From the sequence record OZ346212.1: DNA of 64,000 bases; one strand, 5' to 3'. The DNA is from a phage. The notes under the pieces were generated by a model that worked only from the letters and a program-made list of their open reading frames with translations, was not told where the DNA came from and searched no databases. How positions within the stretch are numbered: the first letter of the stretch is position 1; every line of letters begins with the position of its first letter. Shown here piece by piece: positions 51,771 through 60,539 of this stretch. Made by a program: the position numbers and the translations under genes.

Positions 51771-52055
51771 ATGGCTATTGTTACCGCTGGCGATGTAGTA
51801 GAAATGGAAGCAAAATACTTAAAAGCGGGTATGCATATCCTACGCAACGATCTTGAACTGGTCCTGACAATGGTTGACTATAACCCAGGGCAAGATTATC
51901 CAAGTGTTGACTACTTTTTTGAGTATGTTGATGAAGAGTTGAAAGAGGATGAGGCCTATTGCGGTGAGTTCTGCAACTTCTTTTGTCCTGATGAGGTTGT
52001 AAAGGTTATCTATCAACCTGGCGTAGCTTTCCCGCTGCACGCTATCAATAAATAA
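51771..52055 (+). CDS. hypothetical acidic protein (94 aa)
   Basis: RBS context ATAGGAGTTAAAACCATGGC. Confidence 0.6.
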   Translation: MAIVTAGDVVEMEAKYLKAGMHILRNDLELVLTMVDYNPGQDYPSVDYFFEYVDEELKEDEAYCGEFCNFFCPDEVVKVIYQPGVAFPLHAINK

Positions 52056-52060
52056 ACCTG

Positions 52061-52084
52061 GCGGGGCCGAAAAGGCCCCCGCCT
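52061..52084 (+). terminator. GC-rich hairpin (terminator-like, weak U-tract)
   Basis: GGCGGGGCC-gaaaa-GGCCCCCGCC directly after the stop codon. Confidence 0.45.
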
Positions 52085-52117
52085 GAAATTATGAAAAATA
52101 AAAAGAGGCAAACTATC

Positions 52118-52351
52118 ATGATGGAACAAATTAAACGCGCTGAGGCTATTAATGGCAATGTAATCTATTTTGTCAGCAAAAACGAAAAAGGCGTACCCTA
52201 TGCGGCGGTAATAGTACAGCCTGACGGCGATTATTGGTGCACTGTGTACGGCGCTTATTCTTTTGGGCGTCCAGTGCATGATAAAATTTTGAAAGTAGCG
52301 AACCCTACCGGGAAAAATATTACAGCAGAAAAATTTTTTGAAAAAAGTTGA
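52118..52351 (+). CDS. hypothetical small protein (77 aa)
   Basis: ATG 52118 with SD AAAGAGG. Confidence 0.55.
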   Translation: MMEQIKRAEAINGNVIYFVSKNEKGVPYAAVIVQPDGDYWCTVYGAYSFGRPVHDKILKVANPTGKNITAEKFFEKS

Positions 52352-52378
52352 CATGACCATATAAAACTGTAGTATATA
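52348..52378 (+). promoter_or_regulatory. sigma70-like promoter (TTGACA then AGTATA/TATATA)
   Basis: Consensus -35 at 52348; -10 register ambiguous (17 or 19 nt spacer). Confidence 0.45.
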
Positions 52379-52427
52379 AATCAAAGGGGGCAACAAGCCC
52401 CACCAACCACAAAGAGGATAAAAAATC

Positions 52428-52607
52428 ATGGCTATTATTGCAAAGACCGAGATCGTAGGCTTAGATTCTATTCTCCTCGCATATGAGGAAGCTATAGAAA
52501 TGTATGTGGTTTCCTATGGTGAGTATATCCGTGAATATGAATCTATTGATCTAGCTTTTGAATGTTATATTCGCCAGGTTAATAAAGCGTACGATGATTA
52601 TCGTTAA
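52428..52607 (+). CDS. hypothetical small protein (59 aa), not in ORF track
   Basis: ATG with SD AAAGAGGA downstream of leader hairpin GGGGC-aacaa-GCCCC at 52386. Confidence 0.5.
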   Translation: MAIIAKTEIVGLDSILLAYEEAIEMYVVSYGEYIREYESIDLAFECYIRQVNKAYDDYR

Positions 52608-52698
52608 AATAGTTTGACAACAAACAACCATCTAACAAAGCATAATACATAAGGTGGTAGAATGATCCGCCACCCGGAACAAAGAAGAGGTAAACACC

Positions 52699-52944
52699 AT
52701 GAAAAGCAATAAAGGTTATAACGGTTACAAAAACAAAACTCATTGGAATGTAAGCCTTTGGATTAATAACGATGAGTCATTGTACCGGTTGGCCCAAGGA
52801 TTTATTAACGCTAATGCTAATCGTAATGATGCGGCGCGGGATATGATGCTTTTTCTGGAGCTAACCGGACAAGATAAGACCCCGGACGGCTTCAAGTACA
52901 GCACTACGGCGATCCGTGCCGCGATGGTTGGAATGAAACACTAA
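52699..52944 (+). CDS. hypothetical small protein (81 aa)
   Basis: SD AAGAAGAGG upstream; last + strand gene before convergent intergenic region. Confidence 0.6.
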   Translation: MKSNKGYNGYKNKTHWNVSLWINNDESLYRLAQGFINANANRNDAARDMMLFLELTGQDKTPDGFKYSTTAIRAAMVGMKH

Positions 52945-53259
52945 AAGCACATAGCCGCCAGATCTCAGAATTTACGTACGCTCACCAGTCTATAGCCTGC
53001 TAAGTATTTATTCCAACCATAGAATAACGGAATAGTCAATACCTGCATAAAATAATTATTCGTGTAAACTGCATAACATAAATCGGCTAGGATGTCAACA
53101 TTTTTCGTAAACAGCTCGAAATTATAACGGTGAGTTATAATAAACAGAGAAATCTTTAGTCGTCTAATGTTTACTGTACATTACTATACTGACTGGAATC
53201 ATTAGATGACTAAGAGAAAGATAAGAAATCATTAACAATGCAATTGTTTTATTCGTAAC

Positions 53260-53560
53260 AATAAGGCAACTATGCAAACGGATGGCATGGCGCGACGGAG
53301 TCGCGACATAATATAAAAGCAGTAACCATCACCCCCGTGATAGTTTGTCTGCAAACTATTAATCAGATCATAGTTGCCTTGTATTTAGTTAATCATGACA
53401 TAACAAGCAAGGCAACTATAGATCTGCTAATAGTTGCCCTGCTTTTATATTATGTCATAGATTATTAGCCTGTTAATTGTTAGTCAGTCAAATCAACAAC
53501 GTTATCATTTCAGTCTTTATTGTTGTTGATCGTTATTGTTATCATGCAAACGAATGGCAT
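53260..53560. repeat. repeat cluster in convergent intergenic region
   Basis: AAGGCAACTAT in forward (53262, 53411) and inverted (53372, 53432) orientation; hairpin TAGTTTG-tctg-CAAACTA; direct repeat TGCAAACG(G/A)ATGGCATGGC at 53273 and 53541. Confidence 0.6.
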
Positions 53561-53936
53561 GGCTTATCATTTTTGAGTAAACAATCTATACGTGAACAGT
53601 GAGGCAAGTTAGCAGCCGATAGATTAGATATTAACCTGCAGACTTCTGACCGTCTAGACGTCTAAACGCCCACACAACAAGGATTATACATACAATACTG
53701 AATGTAAACAGGGCCGCAAAAATGCTACCATACCACAGATTGTAAATTTTTCATGCAGCACTTGACAAAGAGGAGAACTTAATTTTATCAGGATAGGCAA
53801 GAATGTCAAGGCATGACTGCTCACTAAACAAGCAAACAGTCATGTGTGGGAGGTAAGTGATTGTGGTGGTAGGAAATTTAGTTGAAAGATGTGTTATAGG
53901 TGCTTCCAGCACTTTAGCCGGGCAGCTAATTGTGTG

Positions 53937-54152
53937 TCAGTCCAGCGGTTCATCCTCTACTTCACTGAAATCAATGTTCATGGTCTCTTCCCAACCATCG
54001 ATCTCAGCACAAGAGTGGAGTTCTTTAGGGTTTACTCCTAAAGCCTCAGCAACAGAGTCTATATTTAACACCTCTGGCAGGTATGATTCATCAAATTCAA
54101 GGTAAATCAGGCCACGAGTGTTGTCAGCTCCACCAAATATTTCTATCTTCAT
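53937..54152 (-). CDS. hypothetical acidic small protein (71 aa)
   Basis: SD GAGGAG upstream on - strand. Confidence 0.6.
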   Translation of the reverse strand: MKIEIFGGADNTRGLIYLEFDESYLPEVLNIDSVAEALGVNPKELHSCAEIDGWEETMNIDFSEVEDEPLD

Positions 54153-54273
54153 AAAATCTCCTCTGGAAATGAGAGTGTGAACAGGGTTTTATACGTCCCA
54201 ATGCACAGGAATTATGCACGTTTTCCTCTTCAGGCCATGCTTTAGCATGAGGAACCTGTGTGGGCTCGGTGCT

Positions 54274-54486
54274 TCATAGTCTACCACCTCTGAACTCTTC
54301 GTGCTCAGGCATAATAGAGAACCAGATATCTACGATGTCCTCCCACGTCAGGTCATCAGCCTCAGGATCTGTCTGGGACGAAGATGAAGAGTCCTCAGAA
54401 TCTAAGTTTTCCTCTTTAACTGGCTCATCCAAGGGACATATGGTCACTCCTTCGGATGTCTCTTCAGATGCATGTGTGTTGATCAT
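54274..54486 (-). CDS. hypothetical highly acidic small protein (70 aa)
   Basis: ORF in - strand block; weak SD. Confidence 0.5.
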   Translation of the reverse strand: MINTHASEETSEGVTICPLDEPVKEENLDSEDSSSSSQTDPEADDLTWEDIVDIWFSIMPEHEEFRGGRL

Positions 54487-54791
54487 GTTCCACCCGTGAG
54501 TATTCCGGCAACAGCTGCTATGGACGTAATGATCATCAGGATCACCACTAAAACTTCGGACAATGTTCTCATTGTGTACTCCATATTCTACAAACTATGT
54601 GTGGATACTATCACTGGATCGGTAATGTGTCAACAGAAACGCCGCGAGGGTTTGGTTAAAATCCGAGCGTATGGTGATTTGGGTCAAAACGGACGTGCGT
54701 TCTCGCTACGCTCGAAAGAGAGATTTGTTTGTAGGAAGCTCTTAAACGCTCTGTAATGAGATTATCTGTCCAAGGTATGCAATCGTGCACC

Positions 54792-54821
54792 AGATAAAGA
54801 AAAGGACGCCACAGAGCGTCC
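54792..54821 (-). terminator. rho-independent terminator on - strand
   Basis: GGACGC-cacaga-GCGTCC with U-tract on the - strand side. Confidence 0.6.
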
Positions 54822-54846
54822 TAGGTGTCTTAAATTTGATATTTTG

Positions 54847-55146
54847 CTATACCCATGAGGGCTTATCAAGGTTGGAGTAGCTGAAAGGTGTCAAAAGGTG
54901 ACTGTCAAAATCTCTCAAACTATCTAAATCTTTTTCCTCGTCCTGACACCATCTGTGCCTACATTTATTGTTGTAGTGCATAGAATGCATAGCGTTCTGC
55001 AACTTAACAGGTACAAGTGATTCAGGAGTAGATAGTATTGTTGGGTATGCCAGAATCACCTCAAACAGTGGAAACACATCGAAACTAAAGTCTACCTCTG
55101 CAGAGGTTGATGGCATATAGGAGTATTTAGCCGCCTTTGTAGACAT
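54847..55146 (-). CDS. hypothetical protein (99 aa)
   Basis: ATG 55146 with SD GAGGTGG preferred over the first Met of the track ORF. Confidence 0.55.
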   Translation of the reverse strand: MSTKAAKYSYMPSTSAEVDFSFDVFPLFEVILAYPTILSTPESLVPVKLQNAMHSMHYNNKCRHRWCQDEEKDLDSLRDFDSHLLTPFSYSNLDKPSWV

Positions 55147-55154
55147 AATCCACC

Positions 55155-55481
55155 TCACACAGGTTTGATAATACCTTTACCGAATAATTCTTCGTATCTA
55201 ATCTTATCCGGATCCCACTCTTGGATAATTTCGAAGACAATATCCAACCCAGGGATAATCACTTCTCCAGTGTCAAGTTTGGCAAGAACAAAACCAGAAG
55301 GCTGAATGGTTTCCCAGTTGCGCCGATTGGAATAGAAGACCTCGAAAATATCGCCGACCTTTATCTGTTGATCAAGATGTTCAAGATTCTCTTTCATATA
55401 GACGCAGCGGATTTTTCGTGCAGGCCATAGACCACCTGCATCACGTTCATTTAGCTCTTTTACAGTAATCGGTATACCCAT
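55155..55481 (-). CDS. hypothetical protein (108 aa)
   Basis: SD AAGGAG upstream. Confidence 0.65.
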   Translation of the reverse strand: MGIPITVKELNERDAGGLWPARKIRCVYMKENLEHLDQQIKVGDIFEVFYSNRRNWETIQPSGFVLAKLDTGEVIIPGLDIVFEIIQEWDPDKIRYEELFGKGIIKPV

Positions 55482-55504
55482 CTCAAATCTCCTTCATAGA
55501 TAGT

Positions 55505-55530
55505 AAAGAGGGGCCCAAGCCCCCCTCTTT
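55505..55530 (-). terminator. GC-rich terminator hairpin after gene 55535..55840
   Basis: AGAGGGGC-ccaa-GCCCCCCTCT, U-rich on the - strand side. Confidence 0.55.
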
Positions 55531-55534
55531 GTCA

Positions 55535-55840
55535 TCATTCTACAGAGCGTTTGAACAGAATGTCTGCCTCAGACATGTGCTCAACCTCTTCTTCGATTTT
55601 AGCGCGACGTTTTTCAGCCTCATAGCGAATATCGAACTCGGTAGCCACCAGAGATTTGATGAATTTAGGAGAATACAGGTGATCCTGCTTCTCAACGAGA
55701 ATGATATCCTTAATGGCATCTTTCAGATCTTTAATCTGAAGTTGGAGTTCTACCAGTTCTTCGATTGTTTTGCGAAGGCGATCACGCTCTGCAGTGTCAG
55801 AAGGAAGAGAGGTGAACAGTTCAACTTTAGATTTAGCCAT
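55535..55840 (-). CDS. hypothetical coiled-coil protein (101 aa)
   Basis: SD AAGGAGAC upstream. Confidence 0.65.
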   Translation of the reverse strand: MAKSKVELFTSLPSDTAERDRLRKTIEELVELQLQIKDLKDAIKDIILVEKQDHLYSPKFIKSLVATEFDIRYEAEKRRAKIEEEVEHMSEADILFKRSVE

Positions 55841-55868
55841 AGTAAGAGTCTCCTTATGTTGTTTTAAA

Positions 55869-56120
55869 TTAACGTTCTACAAAAATACCGTTCAGTTCAA
55901 TAACCAGGAATTTCTGGTCTTCACTATCGTCTCGTGCCAGCACCTCACAGACGTATCGGTCATCCCCATCATCATCGCAGTCAAATACAAGACTGAGGAC
56001 TTTATCATGGTAAACCTTCGCCACTACCGCCTCGTAAGTATTGCCGATTGTGAATCCAAGATAATCTCCGATGCATTTGACAACAACATGGTCTCCAGCA
56101 TTTAAGTCAATCTTCGTCAT
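55869..56120 (-). CDS. hypothetical acidic small protein (83 aa)
   Basis: ATG 56120 with SD AAGGAG preferred over track start 56186. Confidence 0.55.
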   Translation of the reverse strand: MTKIDLNAGDHVVVKCIGDYLGFTIGNTYEAVVAKVYHDKVLSLVFDCDDDGDDRYVCEVLARDDSEDQKFLVIELNGIFVER

Positions 56121-56275
56121 TACTGCGCTCCTTGGGTAATAATACTGTATGTAAAACTTTAACCAGAGATGTGAATAACGCCCCAAAACACACCGATAGC
56201 GCTAAAACAGACAAGGCCATCATTAAAGCTTCAGTAAAATCAGTCATTCCTCACCTCTTGTTAGCCACTATACTA

Positions 56276-56539
56276 TCATTTATCCTTTTCGTCAAGAACT
56301 TTTTTAAATCTTTCAGGGATATCTCCCGTTCTTAGATAGTTCATGACCTCGCAAGGTTCCCACTTGAATTTCTTACAGAGCAGGGCGGCTGAGATTGTTT
56401 CATTGCGAAAAGAAAGGATATTAATATCCCACTCTGAGAACCCCAACTTCCGAAGGGTAGCTACAGAAATCCTCACCGCAACCCAGCAGCAAAAACATGC
56501 AACAAACGCCACTGCTACAACCCACATCAGGATGTTCAT
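56276..56539 (-). CDS. hypothetical membrane-anchored small protein (87 aa)
   Basis: SD AAGGTG; N-terminal hydrophobic helix ILMWVVAVAFVACFCCWVAV. Confidence 0.6.
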   Translation of the reverse strand: MNILMWVVAVAFVACFCCWVAVRISVATLRKLGFSEWDINILSFRNETISAALLCKKFKWEPCEVMNYLRTGDIPERFKKVLDEKDK

Positions 56540-56628
56540 ATAAGCACCTTACTGAAATACAAGACACAGTGTTAAGGTTACTGACCAGCAAATAATTAGC
56601 AGGACCATTGCAACCTTGGCAAGATTTA

Positions 56629-56916
56629 TCATAGTGCCTCTAAGATTTCATATCCTTCAGGTCGAAATACAAGCCACTCCGTGGCTCCGTTTGGTCGATA
56701 CGCTTTATACAGAACAACCTGATCTCGGCACATGCACATGGCTACATAGTTTTCATCCACACCTGCAGCCTGCATTGCATCTTCTTCTCCGGCAACTGCT
56801 TTGCTTACAACTTCCTTGGTAGGTAGGTGTGCGATCAGCTCGTCACCATCATTAATTCCAAAATGACTGAGTTCTCCATTGGTATCTTTAATCTTAATCT
56901 TAACCAGATCTTTCAT
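56629..56916 (-). CDS. hypothetical small protein (95 aa)
   Basis: SD GGAGAAAG; start overlaps the stop of gene 56916..57245. Confidence 0.6.
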   Translation of the reverse strand: MKDLVKIKIKDTNGELSHFGINDGDELIAHLPTKEVVSKAVAGEEDAMQAAGVDENYVAMCMCRDQVVLYKAYRPNGATEWLVFRPEGYEILEAL

Positions 56917-57245
56917 TAGTCTTTCTCCAGGTTCAAAGGTCCTAAGATTTCATATGCCAGATTAGAAGTTACCAGAGGGTCTTCTGCATCTTTAGTATTG
57001 TACCACCCGTGAATAACCAGAGTCCCACTTTGTTTCATATCCAACTGGAACTGTTCTGCAGTTTCCTCATCCAGCTCCAAGATTTCCATAAGGTATTTGA
57101 TGTTAGGAAGGTATGCAGCTGTTACAGTTCCCTCCACCAAACCTTCGGGCCAACCTACATCCGGATGACAAGTAGGAACCAGGTTGGTCAACTTAATGGT
57201 GTACGCTTTTTCTGCACGAGCCTTCAGTAACGGGTCAATCTTCAT
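56916..57245 (-). CDS. hypothetical protein (109 aa)
   Basis: SD GAGGAGG; translationally coupled. Confidence 0.6.
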   Translation of the reverse strand: MKIDPLLKARAEKAYTIKLTNLVPTCHPDVGWPEGLVEGTVTAAYLPNIKYLMEILELDEETAEQFQLDMKQSGTLVIHGWYNTKDAEDPLVTSNLAYEILGPLNLEKD

Positions 57246-57595
57246 TATTCGTCCTCCTCTTCGGTGCCTGCTTCCAGTAATAAGTTAAGAATATCTTCTG
57301 CACAAGGCTCATAGAACTCTTGGCCTTCATTATCGATGATTTTGTAGTCATCTCCACGAATAATCAGGGGATCACTCTCAAAATTATCGAGACCTTTAAC
57401 AACGACAACACGATCGATTGCCATCATTGTAAGAACTTTATCGACATCTTCCTCTGCTACACCATACTGCAGCAGAATGTCTTTGGTAGGAGGAACAGCA
57501 TCCACCACAACGCCGTTACCAAAACCTTCTGGAAGTTTAGCTAAAATATCTTCCGGAACCACATTCACATCAAAACCGGTAATTTCTACTTTCAT
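57245..57595 (-). CDS. small acidic protein, MK(I/V)K family A (116 aa)
   Basis: MKVEITGFDV...LPEGFGNGVV resembles products of 57596..57856 and 59020..59289. Confidence 0.6.
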   Translation of the reverse strand: MKVEITGFDVNVVPEDILAKLPEGFGNGVVVDAVPPTKDILLQYGVAEEDVDKVLTMMAIDRVVVVKGLDNFESDPLIIRGDDYKIIDNEGQEFYEPCAEDILNLLLEAGTEEEDE

Positions 57596-57856
57596 TTACA
57601 GCACCTCTTCGTCAACTACTTCATAAAAATGGCCTGGGATTGCAATAGCGTTCTCACCTTCACCTGCAAACACAGTTCCGTCAAGAATCAACATCATAAG
57701 AATTTCTGTAATATCCTCTTCCGGAACGTTGCCAAAACCTTTAATCAGCTCGTAGGTTGGAATATTTACATCTAAGATGTCACCATCTTTAGAACGGAAA
57801 TCAACACCGTCCTGAATCTCTGCCGTTTCAAGGTTTTTCAATTTAATCTTCATCAA
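57596..57856 (-). CDS. small acidic protein, family A paralog (86 aa)
   Basis: SD AGGAGAC; MMKIKLKNLE...IKGFGNVPEED. Confidence 0.6.
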   Translation of the reverse strand: MMKIKLKNLETAEIQDGVDFRSKDGDILDVNIPTYELIKGFGNVPEEDITEILMMLILDGTVFAGEGENAIAIPGHFYEVVDEEVL

Positions 57857-57932
57857 TCGGTCTCCTGTCTTGTTAAGATGAAGGTATTATTTCACACAGG
57901 GTTGGCGTTGTCAACACCTGTGTGCAAGAAAA

Positions 57933-58328
57933 TTACTGAAACAGTGCGGATAAATTACCTTCTGGTGGGAACTTATCTGCCAAAAACGGTGTTAGCACAG
58001 TAGCCTTCTGAAGATCTGGGGTCCACTCGTTGTTCAGAACATCCCAGTAGTACGCAATGTTGCTGTGTGGGTGCCGCATTACGAACTTTTTCCCTTCGTA
58101 GTCGTCTGAAACCTCTACAGAAGAAATAACAACAGAATCTTCAAGGGTTTCTTCATAGAAAGATCCCCCTTCAAATTTCCAACGAGATGCAAGAGCCCCT
58201 GCCTTGAACGCTGCAGATAACGGACTGTCGGCAAGAACATACATTTCTTGCACTCTGTCGCTGCGATCTTTGCTTCTTACGTTGTATACAGTATCTGAGC
58301 TATACTCAACACGGTATAGGCTTACCAT
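57933..58328 (-). CDS. small protein, family B paralog (131 aa)
   Basis: SD GAGGAGG; ...RHPHSNIAYYWDVLNNEWTP... aligns with ...HPDSRVKHYWNSRTKTWTP... of 60140..60538. Confidence 0.65.
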   Translation of the reverse strand: MVSLYRVEYSSDTVYNVRSKDRSDRVQEMYVLADSPLSAAFKAGALASRWKFEGGSFYEETLEDSVVISSVEVSDDYEGKKFVMRHPHSNIAYYWDVLNNEWTPDLQKATVLTPFLADKFPPEGNLSALFQ

Positions 58329-58660
58329 TACCGCACCTCCTCAATAACTTCCACATCTGAACCTACCACAAATGCAAAAGGACAGGTTTCATGAAAGACA
58401 TCTGGATCGCCGCCAAGCTTGCTAACAATCTCTCCACCACTAATAAACACAAGCTCACCGATATTCATCAGATTGCTGAAATAGTAACCATAATGATTAA
58501 AGAATGCAGCAGGGTCAGGTAGACTGGTAGCCTCAAGCACTACATCGGTTGAGGTTACTTTCTTATCATAACCTCTCGCCTTTTGAGATGCAAGATCTGC
58601 AGAATCCTCAGGAGACCGGAGATGCACAGGAATTGTTTCACCAATAAAGCGTACTTTCAT
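58328..58660 (-). CDS. small protein, family C-like (110 aa)
   Basis: ATG 58660 preferred; C-terminus ...VGSDVEVIEEVR resembles family C endings. Confidence 0.55.
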   Translation of the reverse strand: MKVRFIGETIPVHLRSPEDSADLASQKARGYDKKVTSTDVVLEATSLPDPAAFFNHYGYYFSNLMNIGELVFISGGEIVSKLGGDPDVFHETCPFAFVVGSDVEVIEEVR

Positions 58661-58664
58661 ATTA

Positions 58665-58928
58665 TCACCCAACAACCATAGCTTCAAAAGGAGTCATGAA
58701 CGAATAAACGGCATCATCATCTGCTTCAGGGAATGCTCCCAAAGACTTCATATCTGAACCCTTGACAAATACAAGGTTTTGATCAAAGGCTTCTTGGGGG
58801 TCAATCCGATACATATTTCGTAGAATATCGCTTACCTCCTCATCAAGAGGTGAGTATGCTGTGCACGTTTTTCCGATCAAGCTTTGAGAATCAGGGTATC
58901 CACCTGAAGTTTTAAAATAAACAATCAT
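58665..58928 (-). CDS. hypothetical small protein (87 aa)
   Basis: SD GAGGTGA upstream. Confidence 0.6.
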   Translation of the reverse strand: MIVYFKTSGGYPDSQSLIGKTCTAYSPLDEEVSDILRNMYRIDPQEAFDQNLVFVKGSDMKSLGAFPEADDDAVYSFMTPFEAMVVG

Positions 58929-59019
58929 ATAGTATCACCTCTGGTAAGAGATTGGGATTCCTTTCCCACAAATAATTACAAATCTTCCTTATCGAGGAAG
59001 TATGCTAATCCAAGCAGGA

Positions 59020-59289
59020 TTATTCCTCTACAATCTCATACACATCAGGAGTTACAATCAACTCTTCTCCGTTACCCGGTGCAACAAACACCACCAAACC
59101 TTCAGGTGTGTGCTTTTTAGCCATCTCGATAACATCTTCTCGCAGAGCTGGCTCCATCAGATCAAAACCTTCACCCAGGGCATCACGAACCACCTTCATA
59201 TAGTCAACTGGTTGTGCTTCAACAATCATGCCTTCAACCAGTCCACAGTTTTTGTCTGCCAGCTCAGTTTTGAATAATTTAATTTTCAT
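59020..59289 (-). CDS. small acidic protein, family A paralog (89 aa)
   Basis: SD GAGGAGAC; MKIKLFKTELA...ALGEGFDL. Confidence 0.6.
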   Translation of the reverse strand: MKIKLFKTELADKNCGLVEGMIVEAQPVDYMKVVRDALGEGFDLMEPALREDVIEMAKKHTPEGLVVFVAPGNGEELIVTPDVYEIVEE

Positions 59290-59426
59290 TTAGAGGTCTC
59301 CTCAATTATTTGATATTAATAGCCGTAACCTAACACATTAACTACAACTGCGATTGCAAACATAATTTCAAAGCATGCAATCTCTACATTTGGGACTAAT
59401 TTCTTAATCACACCCATTGTAGCACC

Positions 59427-59747
59427 TCATTCTCCAAAGTCAATCTTTACTTTGCCTTTCCCCTTACCTTTCTTTCCACCGCATTTAGCCAGCTGACGTG
59501 CTGCAACATCTACCATACGGTCAGTTGCCTCGTAAGCATCACTGCCTTTAGCCTTGGCAATAACTTCTTTTCCAGAATTGTCAAAAATGAACGCCATAAC
59601 TTCCTGGTGATCATTTTCAACTTTTACACTTACACGTGCATAGTTAACAGAGGGATGTAAACGCTCCAGCTTGGACATTTTGCGGGAAATAAAAGATACC
59701 ATACCTTCTGTGATTTCTACATTGTTGCCAGTGATTTCAATTTGCAT
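59427..59747 (-). CDS. ribosome hibernation promoting factor / RaiA (S30AE family) homolog (106 aa)
   Basis: MQIEITGNNVEITEGMVSFISRKMSKLERL...VKVEND...GSDAYEATDRMVDVAARQLAK parallels bacterial HPF/YfiA along the whole length; Lys/Gly-rich C-terminal tail. Confidence 0.75.
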   Translation of the reverse strand: MQIEITGNNVEITEGMVSFISRKMSKLERLHPSVNYARVSVKVENDHQEVMAFIFDNSGKEVIAKAKGSDAYEATDRMVDVAARQLAKCGGKKGKGKGKVKIDFGE

Positions 59748-59830
59748 AACGTGTTCCTTTTAAGGAAGAGGGAATAACTATCTCTCTTTGAAAACAATGA
59801 TACTAAATCTGAAGCGTTGTGTCAACAGTT

Positions 59831-60122
59831 TTTACAGCTTGTTGTCGATAGTTTTTAAAATATCCACAGCAAGATCTGCCATTTTTCGAACATACTCTGC
59901 AAACTCAACAGGATCCTTGATCAAAGAATTCACAGGGTCGTACCCTAGAGCGTTTAAAATGGCTGCAGCATCTACAACCTTCTCATCATTTGCGAAGATC
60001 TCTCCGTCAAACTTGTAGGTCTATTTTGAGTCAACCTTAGCAGAGCAGGGTTTGTCCATGCTTGTTACACCATCGTCTTTAAACTCTCCTGCGTTATCAA
60101 TATTTAGAATTAAATCCATCAT
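59831..60122 (-). pseudogene. disrupted small gene: in-frame TAG then a second stop and a frame change
   Basis: ATGATG at 60122 with SD GTGAGGTG; 33 codons to TAG (60021..60023); 26 more codons to TAA; protein-like sequence continues in the +1 frame to the stop at 59831. Confidence 0.4.
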
Positions 60123-60139
60123 GGTGACACCTCACTGTT

Positions 60140-60538
60140 TCAGTTTAGCTTTTCTTCAACAACCCCATAACTTGGGGCAGAGTCAAGAGCTTTCTGGTTT
60201 AAAAGTGGCGTAGCAGAATCTGCAAACGGTGTCCAAGTTTTTGTTCTGGAATTCCAGTAATGCTTCACTCTGGAATCTGGATGCACTATAACAAAAACTT
60301 TTTCACTTGTCAACACATTAATTTCTTCTACACCCTTGCTGATAATTTCTCCGTCATAGCCCCCAGTCTGGTATCCTTCGTACCAGGTTCTTGCATAGGC
60401 ATAGCCAGCCTGCCAGCATGCAGCCTCCTCCGAGGTGGAGACTACGTAGAAGTCTTTCTCAAATTCCGGAATACGCCCTTGCTTTACGCTCCAAGCTCCG
60501 CGAATTTTCATTGTTACTTTGAAAAGCTTGTTCTTCAT
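60140..60538 (-). CDS. small protein, family B paralog (132 aa)
   Basis: Coupled to upstream gene; aligns with 57933..58328 product. Confidence 0.65.
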   Translation of the reverse strand: MKNKLFKVTMKIRGAWSVKQGRIPEFEKDFYVVSTSEEAACWQAGYAYARTWYEGYQTGGYDGEIISKGVEEINVLTSEKVFVIVHPDSRVKHYWNSRTKTWTPFADSATPLLNQKALDSAPSYGVVEEKLN

Positions 60539-60539
60539 A

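Noticed and set aside
52013-52429. 138-aa - strand track ORF in the early region
   Set aside because: Antisense to two + strand genes and a promoter; all neighbouring transcription signals are + strand.
59788-60018. + strand 76-aa track ORF
   Set aside because: Antisense to the disrupted - strand gene 59831..60122 in a block where all genes are on the - strand; no RBS.
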